Below are positions 26,786 through 35,879 of a stretch of DNA of 64,000 bases, piece after piece. Origin of the DNA: Acidimicrobiales bacterium (GTDB lineage: Bacteria; Actinomycetota; Acidimicrobiia; Acidimicrobiales; AC-14). The stretch lies in the NCBI GenBank assembly GCA_035540095.1, contig DATLHA010000109.1, forward strand, positions 2,263 through 66,262, in the 5' to 3' direction. Within the stretch, counting starts at the first letter, position 1. Every line of letters begins with the position of its first letter. Below the pieces are notes generated by a model. The model worked only from the letters and a program-made list of their open reading frames with translations, ran no database searches and was not told where the DNA came from. The translations under genes were made by a program, and so were the position numbers.

Positions 26786-27817
26786 TCAGACCAGTCGGTT
26801 GCGCCTGGTCACCAGCCGGGCGGCCACGGTGAGGAGCAGGACCACGGCTATGAGCGTAAGCGCGCCGGCCCACGCACGGTCGACCGCGGTGGTGAACGCC
26901 GACGACGCCTGGCTGAACACGAACAGCGGCAACGACGACTGCGGGCCGGAGAACGGGTCGTTCCTGATGGAGTCGAACCCGAAGGCGGTGAGCAGCAGGG
27001 GGGCGGTCTCACCCGTCACCCGAGCCACGGCCAGCATGACACCGGTGGTGATGCCGGCCGACGCGGTCGGCAGCACGACCCGGAGAATCGTGCGCCACCG
27101 GGGGATGCCCAGGGCGTAGGACGCCTCGCGCAGAGCGGCGGGCACCAGCTTGATCATCTCCTCGGCCGACCGGACGACGATCGGCAACATCAGGATCGAC
27201 AAGGCGAGGGCAGCGGCGAAACCGGAGAAGCCCCGCCCCAGCCCGAGCACCCAGAAGGCGTAGATGAACAGGCCGGCGACGATCGAGGGGATCCCCACCA
27301 TGACGTCGATCACGGTGCGCACCAGCGACGCCAACCGGCCCCGGCCGTACTCGGTGAGGTAGATGGCCACCAGCAGGCCCGAGGGCACGGCGATGAACGC
27401 GGCCAGGAAGACCTGCTGCAGGGTCCCGACGATCGAGTGATAGGCCCCGCCGGCGTCGTCCCTCGGGCCGACGCCGTTCATCGAGTGGGTGAAGAAGTAC
27501 CAGTCCATCGCCTTGACGCCTCGGGCAACGGTGTAGAGCAGCACGGAGCCGAGGGCCAGGAGGCAGACGCCGACGGTGGTGACCATCAGCACGGCGGCGA
27601 GGCGGTCGACGACTGAGCGCCGGCTCTCCAGCCGGGCGGCGGCCAGCAGGTAGGCGGCGACCCCGGCGCCGTAGGCGAGGACGACGAAGCCGGCCCGGCC
27701 CTGGAGCGGCGTGACCGCGAAGGCCACGCCGGTGAGGACCACGCCGGCGCCGGCCGCCACTGCGGCCTGACCGGCGCTCATCCGGCCGGACCGCAGCGCA
27801 CTGGGCGTCGCGCTCAT
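26786..27817 (-). CDS. pstA: phosphate ABC transporter permease PstA
   Basis: ORF track 343 aa, multi-TM, EASYALGIPRWRTILRVVLP loop. Start overlaps the pstC stop by 4 nt. Confidence 0.88.
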   Translation of the reverse strand: MSATPSALRSGRMSAGQAAVAAGAGVVLTGVAFAVTPLQGRAGFVVLAYGAGVAAYLLAAARLESRRSVVDRLAAVLMVTTVGVCLLALGSVLLYTVARGVKAMDWYFFTHSMNGVGPRDDAGGAYHSIVGTLQQVFLAAFIAVPSGLLVAIYLTEYGRGRLASLVRTVIDVMVGIPSIVAGLFIYAFWVLGLGRGFSGFAAALALSILMLPIVVRSAEEMIKLVPAALREASYALGIPRWRTILRVVLPTASAGITTGVMLAVARVTGETAPLLLTAFGFDSIRNDPFSGPQSSLPLFVFSQASSAFTTAVDRAWAGALTLIAVVLLLTVAARLVTRRNRLV

Positions 27818-28713
27818 GGCCGCCCCACCACGGCGGTGCGGCGGATCACGCCTCGGGCCGCCACCGTCGCCGCCAGGGTGATGGCGAAGAGCACCAGGCC
27901 GCTGGCGATGAGCGCCGAACGCCCCACCTCGCCGGCCTCGCCGAACTTGGTGGCGATGTTGGCGGCGATGGTGTTCCCGCCCGGCTCGAGGATGCGCAGG
28001 TGGATGTCGAAGGTCGAGGCCAGCACGAGGGCGACCGCGATCGTCTCACCCAGTGCCCGGCCGAGACCCAGGATGATCGCCCCGACCACCCCGCTCCGGC
28101 TGGGTGGCAGCACCGACGTGCGGACGACCTCCCAGCGGGTGGCGCCCAGGGCCAGCGCCGCCTCCCGCAGCTCCTGCGGCACCTGGCGGAACACCTCCCG
28201 CGACACGGCGGCGATGATGGGCAGGACCATCAGCGCCAGCACCACGGCGGCGGCGAACACCGACTTGCCATAGATGCCGTCCGGGTTGCGGAACAACGGG
28301 ATGAAGCCGAAGTGGTCGGCCAAGAACCGCTGGACCGGCACGAGGCGGGGGACCAGGAACAGCAGGCCCCAGAGCCCGTACACCACACTGGGCACGGCGG
28401 CCAGGACGTCGACCAGGTAGCCGATCCACCTGCCCACCGCCGGCCGGGCGTACTCGGTGACGTAGAGGGCGGAACCGATGGCCACCGGGACGGCCACCGC
28501 CAGGGCCAGGATGCTGGACATCAGCGTTCCCCACAGCAGGGCGGCGATGCCGAACCGGGCCGGGGTGGCGTCGGGAAACCACTCCCGCTCGGTCAGGAAC
28601 CCGAGGCCGGCGGTGCGAACTGCCGGCCATGCCCGGGCGAGGAGGAAGAGGGTCATGGCGAGGAGCACGATGACCACGGCGCCCGCCACCCCGGTCGTCA
28701 CGTAGCGGAACAC
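27814..28713 (-). CDS. pstC: phosphate ABC transporter permease PstC
   Basis: ORF track 299 aa, multi-TM, EAALALGATRWEVVRTSVLP loop. Confidence 0.88.
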   Translation of the reverse strand: MFRYVTTGVAGAVVIVLLAMTLFLLARAWPAVRTAGLGFLTEREWFPDATPARFGIAALLWGTLMSSILALAVAVPVAIGSALYVTEYARPAVGRWIGYLVDVLAAVPSVVYGLWGLLFLVPRLVPVQRFLADHFGFIPLFRNPDGIYGKSVFAAAVVLALMVLPIIAAVSREVFRQVPQELREAALALGATRWEVVRTSVLPPSRSGVVGAIILGLGRALGETIAVALVLASTFDIHLRILEPGGNTIAANIATKFGEAGEVGRSALIASGLVLFAITLAATVAARGVIRRTAVVGRP

Positions 28714-28799
28714 CGTGTCGCCCGCCTGACTGCCGCGCCGGGAGGGCCGGAGCCCGTCGCTGTCAGCTGGCGCCGGCTCGGTGCGGGACGCGGTGGTGC

Positions 28800-29873
28800 T
28801 CAGAGCTTCACCGCGGCAAGGGCCGCCATCTGGACCGGTTCCGGCAGCGGCGCATAGTCGAGGCCTTCGGCCAGCGCCTGCCCCTCGGTGAGCGCCCAGG
28901 CGGCAAAGTGGCGGAGGGCGGTGTCGCGGGCGGCGTCGGAGGCGGCTCGGTAGAACATCAGATAGCTGGCGCTGCTGATCGGGTACGCCTCCGGGCTCGT
29001 CGTGGTGAAGTTCAGGGCCAGGCTGCCGTCGGCCTTCACCGTGGCCGCGGCCAGGGCCGTGCTCACCGCCGTGGCCCCGGGGGCCACGAAGCGCCCGGCC
29101 TGGTTGCGGATGGTGGCGATGGCCAGGCCGGCCTGCTTCGGGTAGCTGGGCTCGGCGTAGCCGATGGCGCCCGCCGACTGCTTGACCGCGGCGGTCACGC
29201 CGTCTGAGCCCTTGGCCCCCGTGCCAGGCGTGCCCGCCGGCCAGTCCTTGGTCGACGGGAACGTCCAGACATCCGGCGCCACCGCCTTCAGGTAGTCGGT
29301 GAAGACCTGGGTGGTGCCCGATCCGTCGGAGCGGTGCACGACCTGGATGCCGGAGCCGGGCAGTGACGCGTTCGGGTTGTCGGCCTTGATTGCCGGATCA
29401 TTCCACTTCGTGACCCGGCCGGCGAAGATGGCGGCCAACGCCTGGGGCGTCAGCCGCAGGTTGGCCACGCCGGGCAGGTTGTATTCGACGGCCACCCCAC
29501 CGGCGGTCCAGGGCACCTGGACCACGGCGCCGGCCCCGCCGGTGGCCTCCACCTCGCTGGGCTTCAACGGCACGTCGGAGCCGGCGAAGTCGACGGTCTT
29601 CGACGTGAGCTGCTGGATGCCGGCGCCGGAGCCGATGGGCTGGTAGTTGATGGTGACGCCGGGGGCCAGCCCGCCGTAGTGCTTGATCCATTCCTGGACG
29701 AGGGTGGCGGGGAAGGTGGCGCCGGCGCCCGAGAGGGTGGCCCGGTCGTTGGCGCCGGCCACGGGCGCCGAGGGTCGCGGGCCGGCGTTCAGGCGGGCGC
29801 TGTTGTCGTCGGTGCCGCAGCCGGCGACGGCGACCGCGGCCAGGACGAACACCGCGGCCAACCCGCTCCTCAT
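28800..29873 (-). CDS. pstS: phosphate-binding lipoprotein PstS
   Basis: ORF 28800..30107(-) trimmed to ATG 29873: MRSGLAAVFVLAAVAVAGCGTDD lipobox; GAGATFPATLVQEWIKHY...QPIGSGAGIQQL; 357 aa. Confidence 0.88.
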   Translation of the reverse strand: MRSGLAAVFVLAAVAVAGCGTDDNSARLNAGPRPSAPVAGANDRATLSGAGATFPATLVQEWIKHYGGLAPGVTINYQPIGSGAGIQQLTSKTVDFAGSDVPLKPSEVEATGGAGAVVQVPWTAGGVAVEYNLPGVANLRLTPQALAAIFAGRVTKWNDPAIKADNPNASLPGSGIQVVHRSDGSGTTQVFTDYLKAVAPDVWTFPSTKDWPAGTPGTGAKGSDGVTAAVKQSAGAIGYAEPSYPKQAGLAIATIRNQAGRFVAPGATAVSTALAAATVKADGSLALNFTTTSPEAYPISSASYLMFYRAASDAARDTALRHFAAWALTEGQALAEGLDYAPLPEPVQMAALAAVKL

Positions 29874-29879
29874 ACCCGG

Positions 29880-29885
29880 AACGTA
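29880..29885 (-). promoter_or_regulatory. -10-like hexamer TACGTT, 6 nt before the pstS ATG
   Basis: Minus strand TACGTT ccgggt ATG, a leaderless geometry. Confidence 0.45.
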
Positions 29886-29912
29886 CCGGGGGAAGTCGTA
29901 CGGGCCGTGGAC

Positions 29913-29934
29913 TGGAGGTGAACGGGAGGTGAAC
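29913..29934 (-). promoter_or_regulatory. PHO box: two tandem 11-nt direct-repeat units upstream of pstS
   Basis: Minus strand reads GTTCACCTCCC GTTCACCTCCA. On the plus strand the 11-mer ggaggtgaacg is perfectly duplicated at 29914-29924 and 29925-29935. It lies 40-61 nt upstream of the pstS ATG. Matches the actinobacterial PhoP/RegX3 direct-repeat consensus (GTTCACC core, 11-nt period). Confidence 0.7.
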
Positions 29935-30094
29935 GGCTGCCCAACGCACCCGCCGGCGGAGCAACACGCGCCGGCCGGTAGAGGCCCTTCCGGGAGGCGA
30001 CATAGTGGCTTGCCGGCGTCCTCGCCGGTAGGGTGACGGGACCCTGTCGGGCGGCGGAACGCCGGCCGGGCCCGCGAGCCGGCCAGGGAGGCTG

Positions 30095-31102
30095 ATGCCC
30101 GGACCACCTCGGAGGAGAATCGGCGCCCTTGCCATGGTCCTCCTTGCCCTGTTTGCCGGCGCCGGTACAGCCGGCGCGGGCCAGATCGAGGACAAGCGAG
30201 CGCAGGCGGCGGCGATCATCGCCAAGCTCGAGGACCAGGCCCGGGCCATCGTGGCCGCCGACAAGGAGCACCGCCGGGCGCAGGAGGACCTTGCCTCGGC
30301 GGAGGCGGCCGTCGCTCGCGCCGAAGCCGACCTGGCCTCCGCCGGCCGGCGCCAGGACGAGGCCCGCCGCCTCCTCACCGCCCACGCCCAGGCCGCCTAC
30401 GTCGGCGGGGGTTCGGTGCCGTTCCTCGCCCAGATGACCCGCGCCACGGTGCTCGACGCCGGCGCCCGGCGCACCTACCTGCGGGTGCTGGCCGGCGAGG
30501 ACCGCCAGGCCATCAGCCGCCTCAAGGCTTCCCGCCAGGACATGGAAGTGCGCCGGCGGGCGCTCGAGGCGGCCCGCAAAGCCGCCGCCCAGCGCAGCGA
30601 CGCCACGGTCGCCGACCTCGAAGGGTTGGAGAAGGCGATGGCCGCCCAGCGGGCGCTGCTGGGCCGGGTCAACGGGGAGCTGGGCACGCTGGTGGCGGCC
30701 GAGCAGGCCCGCCGCGACGCCGAGGCCGCCCCGGTCCTCCAGCCCGCGGCTGCGGGGGCGGCGACCGCCACCGTGCCCGCGCCGGCGGCCACCACCGCGC
30801 CCCGTCCCGGCGCCAGCACGACGGCGGCGCCGCCGACGACCGCCGCTCCGTCGGCCAAGCTGCCCGCCAACGCCTCAGACGAGGCCACCTTCGCCTGTAT
30901 CCGGCAGCTGGAGTCGGGGAACAACTACAAGTCCCCCGGCGGCGGCGCCTACCAGTTCCAGGACGCCACCTGGCGCTCGCTGGGGTACACCGGCTCGGCC
31001 CAGGACCACCCCCCCGAGGTCCAGGACGAGGCGGCCCGGCAGCTCAAGGCCCGCGACGGGTGGAGGCCGTGGACCACCGCCCCCATGTGCGGGAAGGTCT
31101 AG
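30095..31102 (+). CDS. secreted coiled-coil protein with C-terminal Rpf/transglycosylase-like domain
   Basis: ORF track 335 aa. Signal peptide, long Ala/Glu/Arg coiled coil, Pro/Thr/Ala linker, then FACIRQLESGNNYKSPGGGAYQFQDATWRSLGY. SD GGGAGG upstream. Confidence 0.7.
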   Translation: MPGPPRRRIGALAMVLLALFAGAGTAGAGQIEDKRAQAAAIIAKLEDQARAIVAADKEHRRAQEDLASAEAAVARAEADLASAGRRQDEARRLLTAHAQAAYVGGGSVPFLAQMTRATVLDAGARRTYLRVLAGEDRQAISRLKASRQDMEVRRRALEAARKAAAQRSDATVADLEGLEKAMAAQRALLGRVNGELGTLVAAEQARRDAEAAPVLQPAAAGAATATVPAPAATTAPRPGASTTAAPPTTAAPSAKLPANASDEATFACIRQLESGNNYKSPGGGAYQFQDATWRSLGYTGSAQDHPPEVQDEAARQLKARDGWRPWTTAPMCGKV

Positions 31103-31217
31103 ACACCGCCCAAGGGCAGGCGCAGCGTTCGTCCCAGCGCGGTCGGGGCCGCGCCGAGGCTGCCGGAAGGCTGGAGCGAGCTCGCAGTCGGACGGCGGGG
31201 TGGCCAGCTCCCGTGGG

Positions 31218-32012
31218 TCAGCGGGGGCCGCCGGGAGTGCCGAACCCGCAGGCGCCGTAGCCGTGCGGCGTCCTGGCGGCGACGGTGATGCCCGGGTTGC
31301 CGGCGTCGTAGAGGTCGATGAGGGAGGCGCAGCCCCGGGTGTCGTTCCGGGGGGCGGCGCTGGCTGCCGTGGGAGACAGCGCACCGGCGCCCGCCACGAC
31401 CGCAACGGCAACGGCTGCCGCGGCGACGGCCTTGGTCGGCCGCCCGGTCGGGGCCGACTCGCCCGTCCACATGCACACGCCCAACCACGCCAGCGCAACC
31501 CCGGTCGCGACGGCGGCAGCGGTGAACACGGCGGCGACCTCGGCCGCGCCGGAGAGACCGCCGACAGCGCCGGCGACGAGGACCCAACCGGCGGCGCGGG
31601 GGTACTCACCAGAGCGGACCACGGCGATGCCGAGCAGCACGAGACCGGCGATGAACGCAATCGCCCCGAGTCCGCCGGCGATGGCCGTGCTGGCGTCGCT
31701 CTCCAGAGCGGCCAGGTTCACGGAGCCGTTCAGGGCACCGAGCTCGCCGTACACGACGGCGGCGAGCAGCGCTGTCCCCGGGGCGGCCAGCCCCGTGCCG
31801 ATGGCCGCCGTACGGCCCCCGCCCGCCAGGCCGAGGCGGAGCCCGAAGAGGGCGTGCACCATCACCGCATGGGCGGCGAGCACGAGCACCTGGCCCGCGA
31901 CCGTCCCGCCGTCACCGGAACCGAGCGCGTTGGCCACGTGCCCCGTCGCCAGCAGAACACCCGCGGCCACCGCCGAGACCCCGCCCGCCCGGACCATTCC
32001 CGAGACCGTCAT
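31218..32012 (-). CDS. integral membrane protein, unknown function
   Basis: ORF 31218..32204(-) trimmed to ATG 32012, preceded by AAAGGGAG SD at 7 nt. About 6 hydrophobic segments; Cys-containing C-terminal tail. Confidence 0.55.
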   Translation of the reverse strand: MTVSGMVRAGGVSAVAAGVLLATGHVANALGSGDGGTVAGQVLVLAAHAVMVHALFGLRLGLAGGGRTAAIGTGLAAPGTALLAAVVYGELGALNGSVNLAALESDASTAIAGGLGAIAFIAGLVLLGIAVVRSGEYPRAAGWVLVAGAVGGLSGAAEVAAVFTAAAVATGVALAWLGVCMWTGESAPTGRPTKAVAAAAVAVAVVAGAGALSPTAASAAPRNDTRGCASLIDLYDAGNPGITVAARTPHGYGACGFGTPGGPR

Positions 32013-32097
32013 CGCATGTCTCCCTTTCTCATTGATGGAACCAACGAGGACGACGATGACGGCCGCGGCGGCAATCGGCATCGGGGAGACCACGCAG

Positions 32098-34992
32098 TTA
32101 GCGCACGAGCACCGCGAGCTGGGTCCGGTTGGCGGTCCCCGTCTTCTGCAACAGGCTCTCGACGTGCTTCTCGATGGTGCGGTGCGAAAGGTACAAGCGC
32201 TCACCTATCTCCCGATTGCCGAGTCCCTGGGCTACCAGCTCCAGCACGTCCATCTCCCGGCTCGTGATTCCGAGCGCCTTGAGCCGAGGCGGGACCGTCG
32301 CCGAGCCCCGTCCCCGCCGGGACACCGGCTGCCCGGTCCGGTGCAGAAGCGACCGGCAGGCGGAGACGACCCGGGTCAAGCCGGCTGAGTCGAAGAACGC
32401 CTCCGCCTCGCGCAACCAGCCGACGGGGTCGCCCCACCCGTCGCGGAGAGCAGCTTCGGCCGCATAGCGGCGGCCAAGGTGGCGAACCCAGTCGCCCCGT
32501 ACCTGCTCGGCGACCCGCTCCTGGGCCTCGGCGACGGCTGTCACCGCCCGCCGGGCGTCGCCGGCACGACCGGCGGCGATGGCGTCGGCGAAGCCGACCA
32601 GCGCCTCGATATACCACGGGCCGCTCCCGTCCGAGGGCCGAGCCGCATTCCGGGCGCTGACGCCTTCGAGATCCTCGACGGTGTGCAGCAGGGCCCACAT
32701 TCCGCGGAACGGCGCCTCGGCCGACTCGAACCGCAGGGCGTACCCCATTGCCCGGTCGTAGCAGCGCAGCGCCTCCTTGCGGTTCTCGGAAAAGAGGGCA
32801 AACGTGCCCCGGCCGTCACCCCACGCGATGCTCCATACCTCGGGGTCGTCCGGCTCCACTTCCTGCAGCTTGACGAGGGTGGCCTCGAGGGCGGCGCCGT
32901 CGGTGAGCCAGCCGTGGCAACCGGCGGTCACGGCAAGCGCCAGCGGCAGGGCGCCCAGCTCGTAGCGTTCCGACAGCTCGACCGCGCCCCGGGCTGCGAC
33001 CAGCGACTCCGGGAGTCGGAACTGCAGGGCCAGCAGCCACGCCATCGTCAGCTCGACTTCGACGGCGACGGCCACCGCGCCGATGGCGAGCGCCTCGTCC
33101 CTCGCCCGATCGGCCCGGGCGGCGCCGCCGACGGTGACCATGTCGACGATGCCGAGCTCGCGCAGCGCCCGCGCCCGCCACAGGCGCAGGTCGTAGGCGT
33201 CGGCGATGGCCAGCATGCGCTCGAGCAGGGCCGCCGCTTCACCTGGGTCGCGCAGGCGCAGCACCTGGGCGAGGATCTCGATGGCCTCGCACACCAGCGT
33301 CCAGCGGCGCTCACGCTCGGCGACGGTCAGGGCGGCGCGAGCGAGACGCGCCACGGCCTCGAAGTCGCCGTCAGCGAGGGCCAGTTCTGCTTCGATGACG
33401 TCGGCGGACGCCCGTCGGAGGGCGTCGCCTTCCTCCGTGGCAGCCCGTGCTGCGCCCAGGTGCCCGGCCGCCGCGGCGCGGTTGCCGGCGGTGGCGGCGG
33501 CCCGGGCCAGCCGGGTATGGGCGTCGGCGACACGATGGCCCGGGGCGTCGATGCGCAGCAACGCGCCCAGCAAGCGGGCGCCTTCGGCGCCGGCCTCGGC
33601 GGTCTTCCCGCTCTGGGCCAGCGCATCCAGCAGGACATCGAGCGCGTCACAGAGCACGTGGTCGTCGCGACCCTCGATGGCGGCCGCTGCCCGCCTGGCG
33701 ACGCCCTCTGCGGTGGACACAGCCCCATGGTCGAGGTTCTCGCGGGCGAGGGACGTGAGGAGGGTGGCCGCCAGCCGGGCATCGCCCGAGTCCTCGGCCC
33801 AGCGGGCCCGGCGGTCAAGCGGCGCGTCCGCCAGCTCCTCGATCGCCTTCGTCGCCAGCCGGCGCCGATCACCGGCCGCCATCTCCGACAGCACCGCGTC
33901 GCGGGTCAACGCGTGCCGGAAGGCAAACGTCGCCGGCCCGTCCCGATCAAGCAGCTGAAGGTCGACGGCCCGCTGCAGGACGCCGGCCGCGAGCTGGTCG
34001 TCCACTGCGGCTACAGCGGCCGCGCCCTCCCCGTCGAAGGAGTGCCCGATGACGGCGCCGGCCTGTAGGACGACGAGCGCTGCGTCGTCCCCGACGGCCG
34101 AGGCCCGGGCCGCCACGCTTGCCACCACCGAGGTGGGCACCAGCGCGGCGACATCGCCGCCCACCGCGACCGTGGCACCATCGGGCACCAGCGTCCCGCC
34201 CGCGACCGCGGCCGACAGCAGCTCCTCGGCCAGGAACGGCACGCCCCGCGTCCGGTCCATGAGCACGTCGGCCAGCGGGCCCGGGATCTGGCGAACGCCG
34301 AGGTACTCCGATGCGAGTTGCACGACCTCGGCCGGCTCGAGCGGGCACAACTCGACGATGGTGGCGGCGCGCCGCTCGCGTAGAGAGCGAAGTAGGTCCG
34401 ATGCCGGGCCAGGGTCAGGGCGCATCGTCAGGACCAGTACGACGTTCGTCGAGGATGTGTGGTCGGCCATGTACTCCAGGGCGGCAAGCGTCTCGGGATC
34501 GGCCCAGTGCACGTCCTCGATGCCCAGAACGGCCGGTCGACCCTGCGCCGCGTACGTCACGTACCGCAGCACCGCCTCGCCCAGCACGAGCAGCGACCCC
34601 GGGGCGACCTCCGACCGCCACTCGGGCAGGATGCGGCCCAGGGCGGCCCGGTACTCCGCCAAGTCCGGTGCGTCCGCGGGGCGCACCCCGGTGCGGGCGA
34701 GGCCGAGAAACGCATCCTCGAACGGGCGCAGGGGGATGTCGACCGACGTGCACCGGCCTGTCACGGTGAGGGCCCCGCCCAGCGTCGCCGCCTCCCGCAG
34801 CAGGCGGGACTTGCCGATCCCGGGTTCGCCCACCAGGACCACCGTGGAACCGTGGCCAGCCGCCGCTCCCTCCACCGCCGCCGCCAGCGCGTCGACCTCC
34901 CTCGCCCGACCTACCAGCGAGCGCACAACCCGAGTGTACGCCCCCGGGTTCTCCCGGAGGCCCGATTCGCCGGCGCCTGGCCGCCGCGTCAT
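32098..34992 (-). CDS. large ATP-binding LuxR-family regulator (LAL type)
   Basis: ORF track 964 aa. N-terminal Walker A VLVGEPGIGKSRLL, long helical-repeat middle, C-terminal LuxR HTH ITSREMDVLELVAQGLGNREIGERLYLSHRTIEKHVESLLQKTG. Confidence 0.85.
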   Translation of the reverse strand: MTRRPGAGESGLRENPGAYTRVVRSLVGRAREVDALAAAVEGAAAGHGSTVVLVGEPGIGKSRLLREAATLGGALTVTGRCTSVDIPLRPFEDAFLGLARTGVRPADAPDLAEYRAALGRILPEWRSEVAPGSLLVLGEAVLRYVTYAAQGRPAVLGIEDVHWADPETLAALEYMADHTSSTNVVLVLTMRPDPGPASDLLRSLRERRAATIVELCPLEPAEVVQLASEYLGVRQIPGPLADVLMDRTRGVPFLAEELLSAAVAGGTLVPDGATVAVGGDVAALVPTSVVASVAARASAVGDDAALVVLQAGAVIGHSFDGEGAAAVAAVDDQLAAGVLQRAVDLQLLDRDGPATFAFRHALTRDAVLSEMAAGDRRRLATKAIEELADAPLDRRARWAEDSGDARLAATLLTSLARENLDHGAVSTAEGVARRAAAAIEGRDDHVLCDALDVLLDALAQSGKTAEAGAEGARLLGALLRIDAPGHRVADAHTRLARAAATAGNRAAAAGHLGAARAATEEGDALRRASADVIEAELALADGDFEAVARLARAALTVAERERRWTLVCEAIEILAQVLRLRDPGEAAALLERMLAIADAYDLRLWRARALRELGIVDMVTVGGAARADRARDEALAIGAVAVAVEVELTMAWLLALQFRLPESLVAARGAVELSERYELGALPLALAVTAGCHGWLTDGAALEATLVKLQEVEPDDPEVWSIAWGDGRGTFALFSENRKEALRCYDRAMGYALRFESAEAPFRGMWALLHTVEDLEGVSARNAARPSDGSGPWYIEALVGFADAIAAGRAGDARRAVTAVAEAQERVAEQVRGDWVRHLGRRYAAEAALRDGWGDPVGWLREAEAFFDSAGLTRVVSACRSLLHRTGQPVSRRGRGSATVPPRLKALGITSREMDVLELVAQGLGNREIGERLYLSHRTIEKHVESLLQKTGTANRTQLAVLVR

Positions 34993-35039
34993 GGAGCGCT
35001 TGTTCTGTCTCGATCCAGGCGACCGGAGCCGTCGTTCTG

Positions 35040-35059
35040 TTGAACGACGAGGTGCTGGT
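35040..35059. promoter_or_regulatory. perfect inverted repeat CGTCGTTC-N4-GAACGACG
   Basis: Locally AT-richer. 48 nt upstream of the LAL regulator ATG (34992) and about 150 nt downstream of the phoU stop. Could be an operator or an RNA hairpin. Confidence 0.4.
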
Positions 35060-35208
35060 CAAGCCCGCGGGAGACGGGGACGGACAACGGGGCTCGGCCA
35101 AGTTGTCAGCCGTCACGAACCGCGAGTCGAAGAACCTCCCCTGAAAGAGGACCGCTGCTGTCACCCAGAAATCGTCTACGGCGAGGCGCGAGCCCGTGCT
35201 CGACGCCG

Positions 35209-35868
35209 CTACTCGGGGTTGAACTCGCCGGTCACCATGTAGCCGACCCGCTCGCCGATGTTGACCGCGTGGTCGGCGATGCGCTCGAAGTAGCGACCGA
35301 GCAGGGCGACCTGCACCGCCCGCTGAAGCTCGGTCTCCTCATGGGCGCCGGCGGCGAAGATCGTCCGGTACAGCTCCTTCTGGAGGTCGTCCATGACGTC
35401 GTCCATGTCGGCCAGCGCCGAAGCTTTGGCCGGGTCGCGGTCGGCGAAGGTGTCGGTGGCCAGCTGCAGCTGGGCCACGGCCTGGCGCCGCATGCGGTCG
35501 ATGATGCCCCGCACCTTGGGATCCAGCGGCCCCGGGTACATCCGGCGGGCGCCCTTGGCCACGTTGACCATGAGGTCCCCGATGCGCTCGAGCTCGTGGA
35601 TGATCCGCAGGGTGGTGACCAGCATGCGCAGGTCGACGGCCATGGGCTGCTGGCGGGCGAGCAAGAGATAGGTCCGCTCCTCGATGGAGTGGGTGAGCTT
35701 GTCGAGCTCCTTGTCGCCGGCGATGACCGCCTTGGCCGCGCCGAGATCGAAGTCGAGCAGGCATGCGGTGCCGGCCTGGATCGACTCGGAGGCCAGCGCC
35801 GCCAGCCGCACCGCATCGGCGTGCAGCTGGTCGAGCTCCTCGTGGAACACCTTGCGTGTCTCGGGCAT
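35209..35868 (-). CDS. phoU: phosphate signalling regulator PhoU
   Basis: ORF track 219 aa. Two PhoU repeats (LARQQPMAVDLRMLVTTLRIIHELERIGD... and RYFERIADHAVNIGE). Confidence 0.9.
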   Translation of the reverse strand: MPETRKVFHEELDQLHADAVRLAALASESIQAGTACLLDFDLGAAKAVIAGDKELDKLTHSIEERTYLLLARQQPMAVDLRMLVTTLRIIHELERIGDLMVNVAKGARRMYPGPLDPKVRGIIDRMRRQAVAQLQLATDTFADRDPAKASALADMDDVMDDLQKELYRTIFAAGAHEETELQRAVQVALLGRYFERIADHAVNIGERVGYMVTGEFNPE

Positions 35869-35879
35869 CGCTGTCGCTC

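Noticed and set aside
29936-30094. Looked for a ydaO (c-di-AMP) riboswitch in the leader of the Rpf-like gene, as is common in actinobacteria.
   Set aside because: None of the conserved blocks I remember (GGGGUGAAUCC, CAGCUAACCUCGUAAGC) is present. An Infernal scan would be the decisive test.
28800-30107. Long N-terminal extensions offered by the ORF track for pstS, senX3 (to 37067), ppx (to 19321), SBP (to 16653), surE (to 26261), Nudix (to 20856) and others.
   Set aside because: The extensions are low-complexity and overlap upstream genes or promoters. They are also replaced by starts that give signal peptides, canonical N-termini or 4-nt start/stop overlaps.
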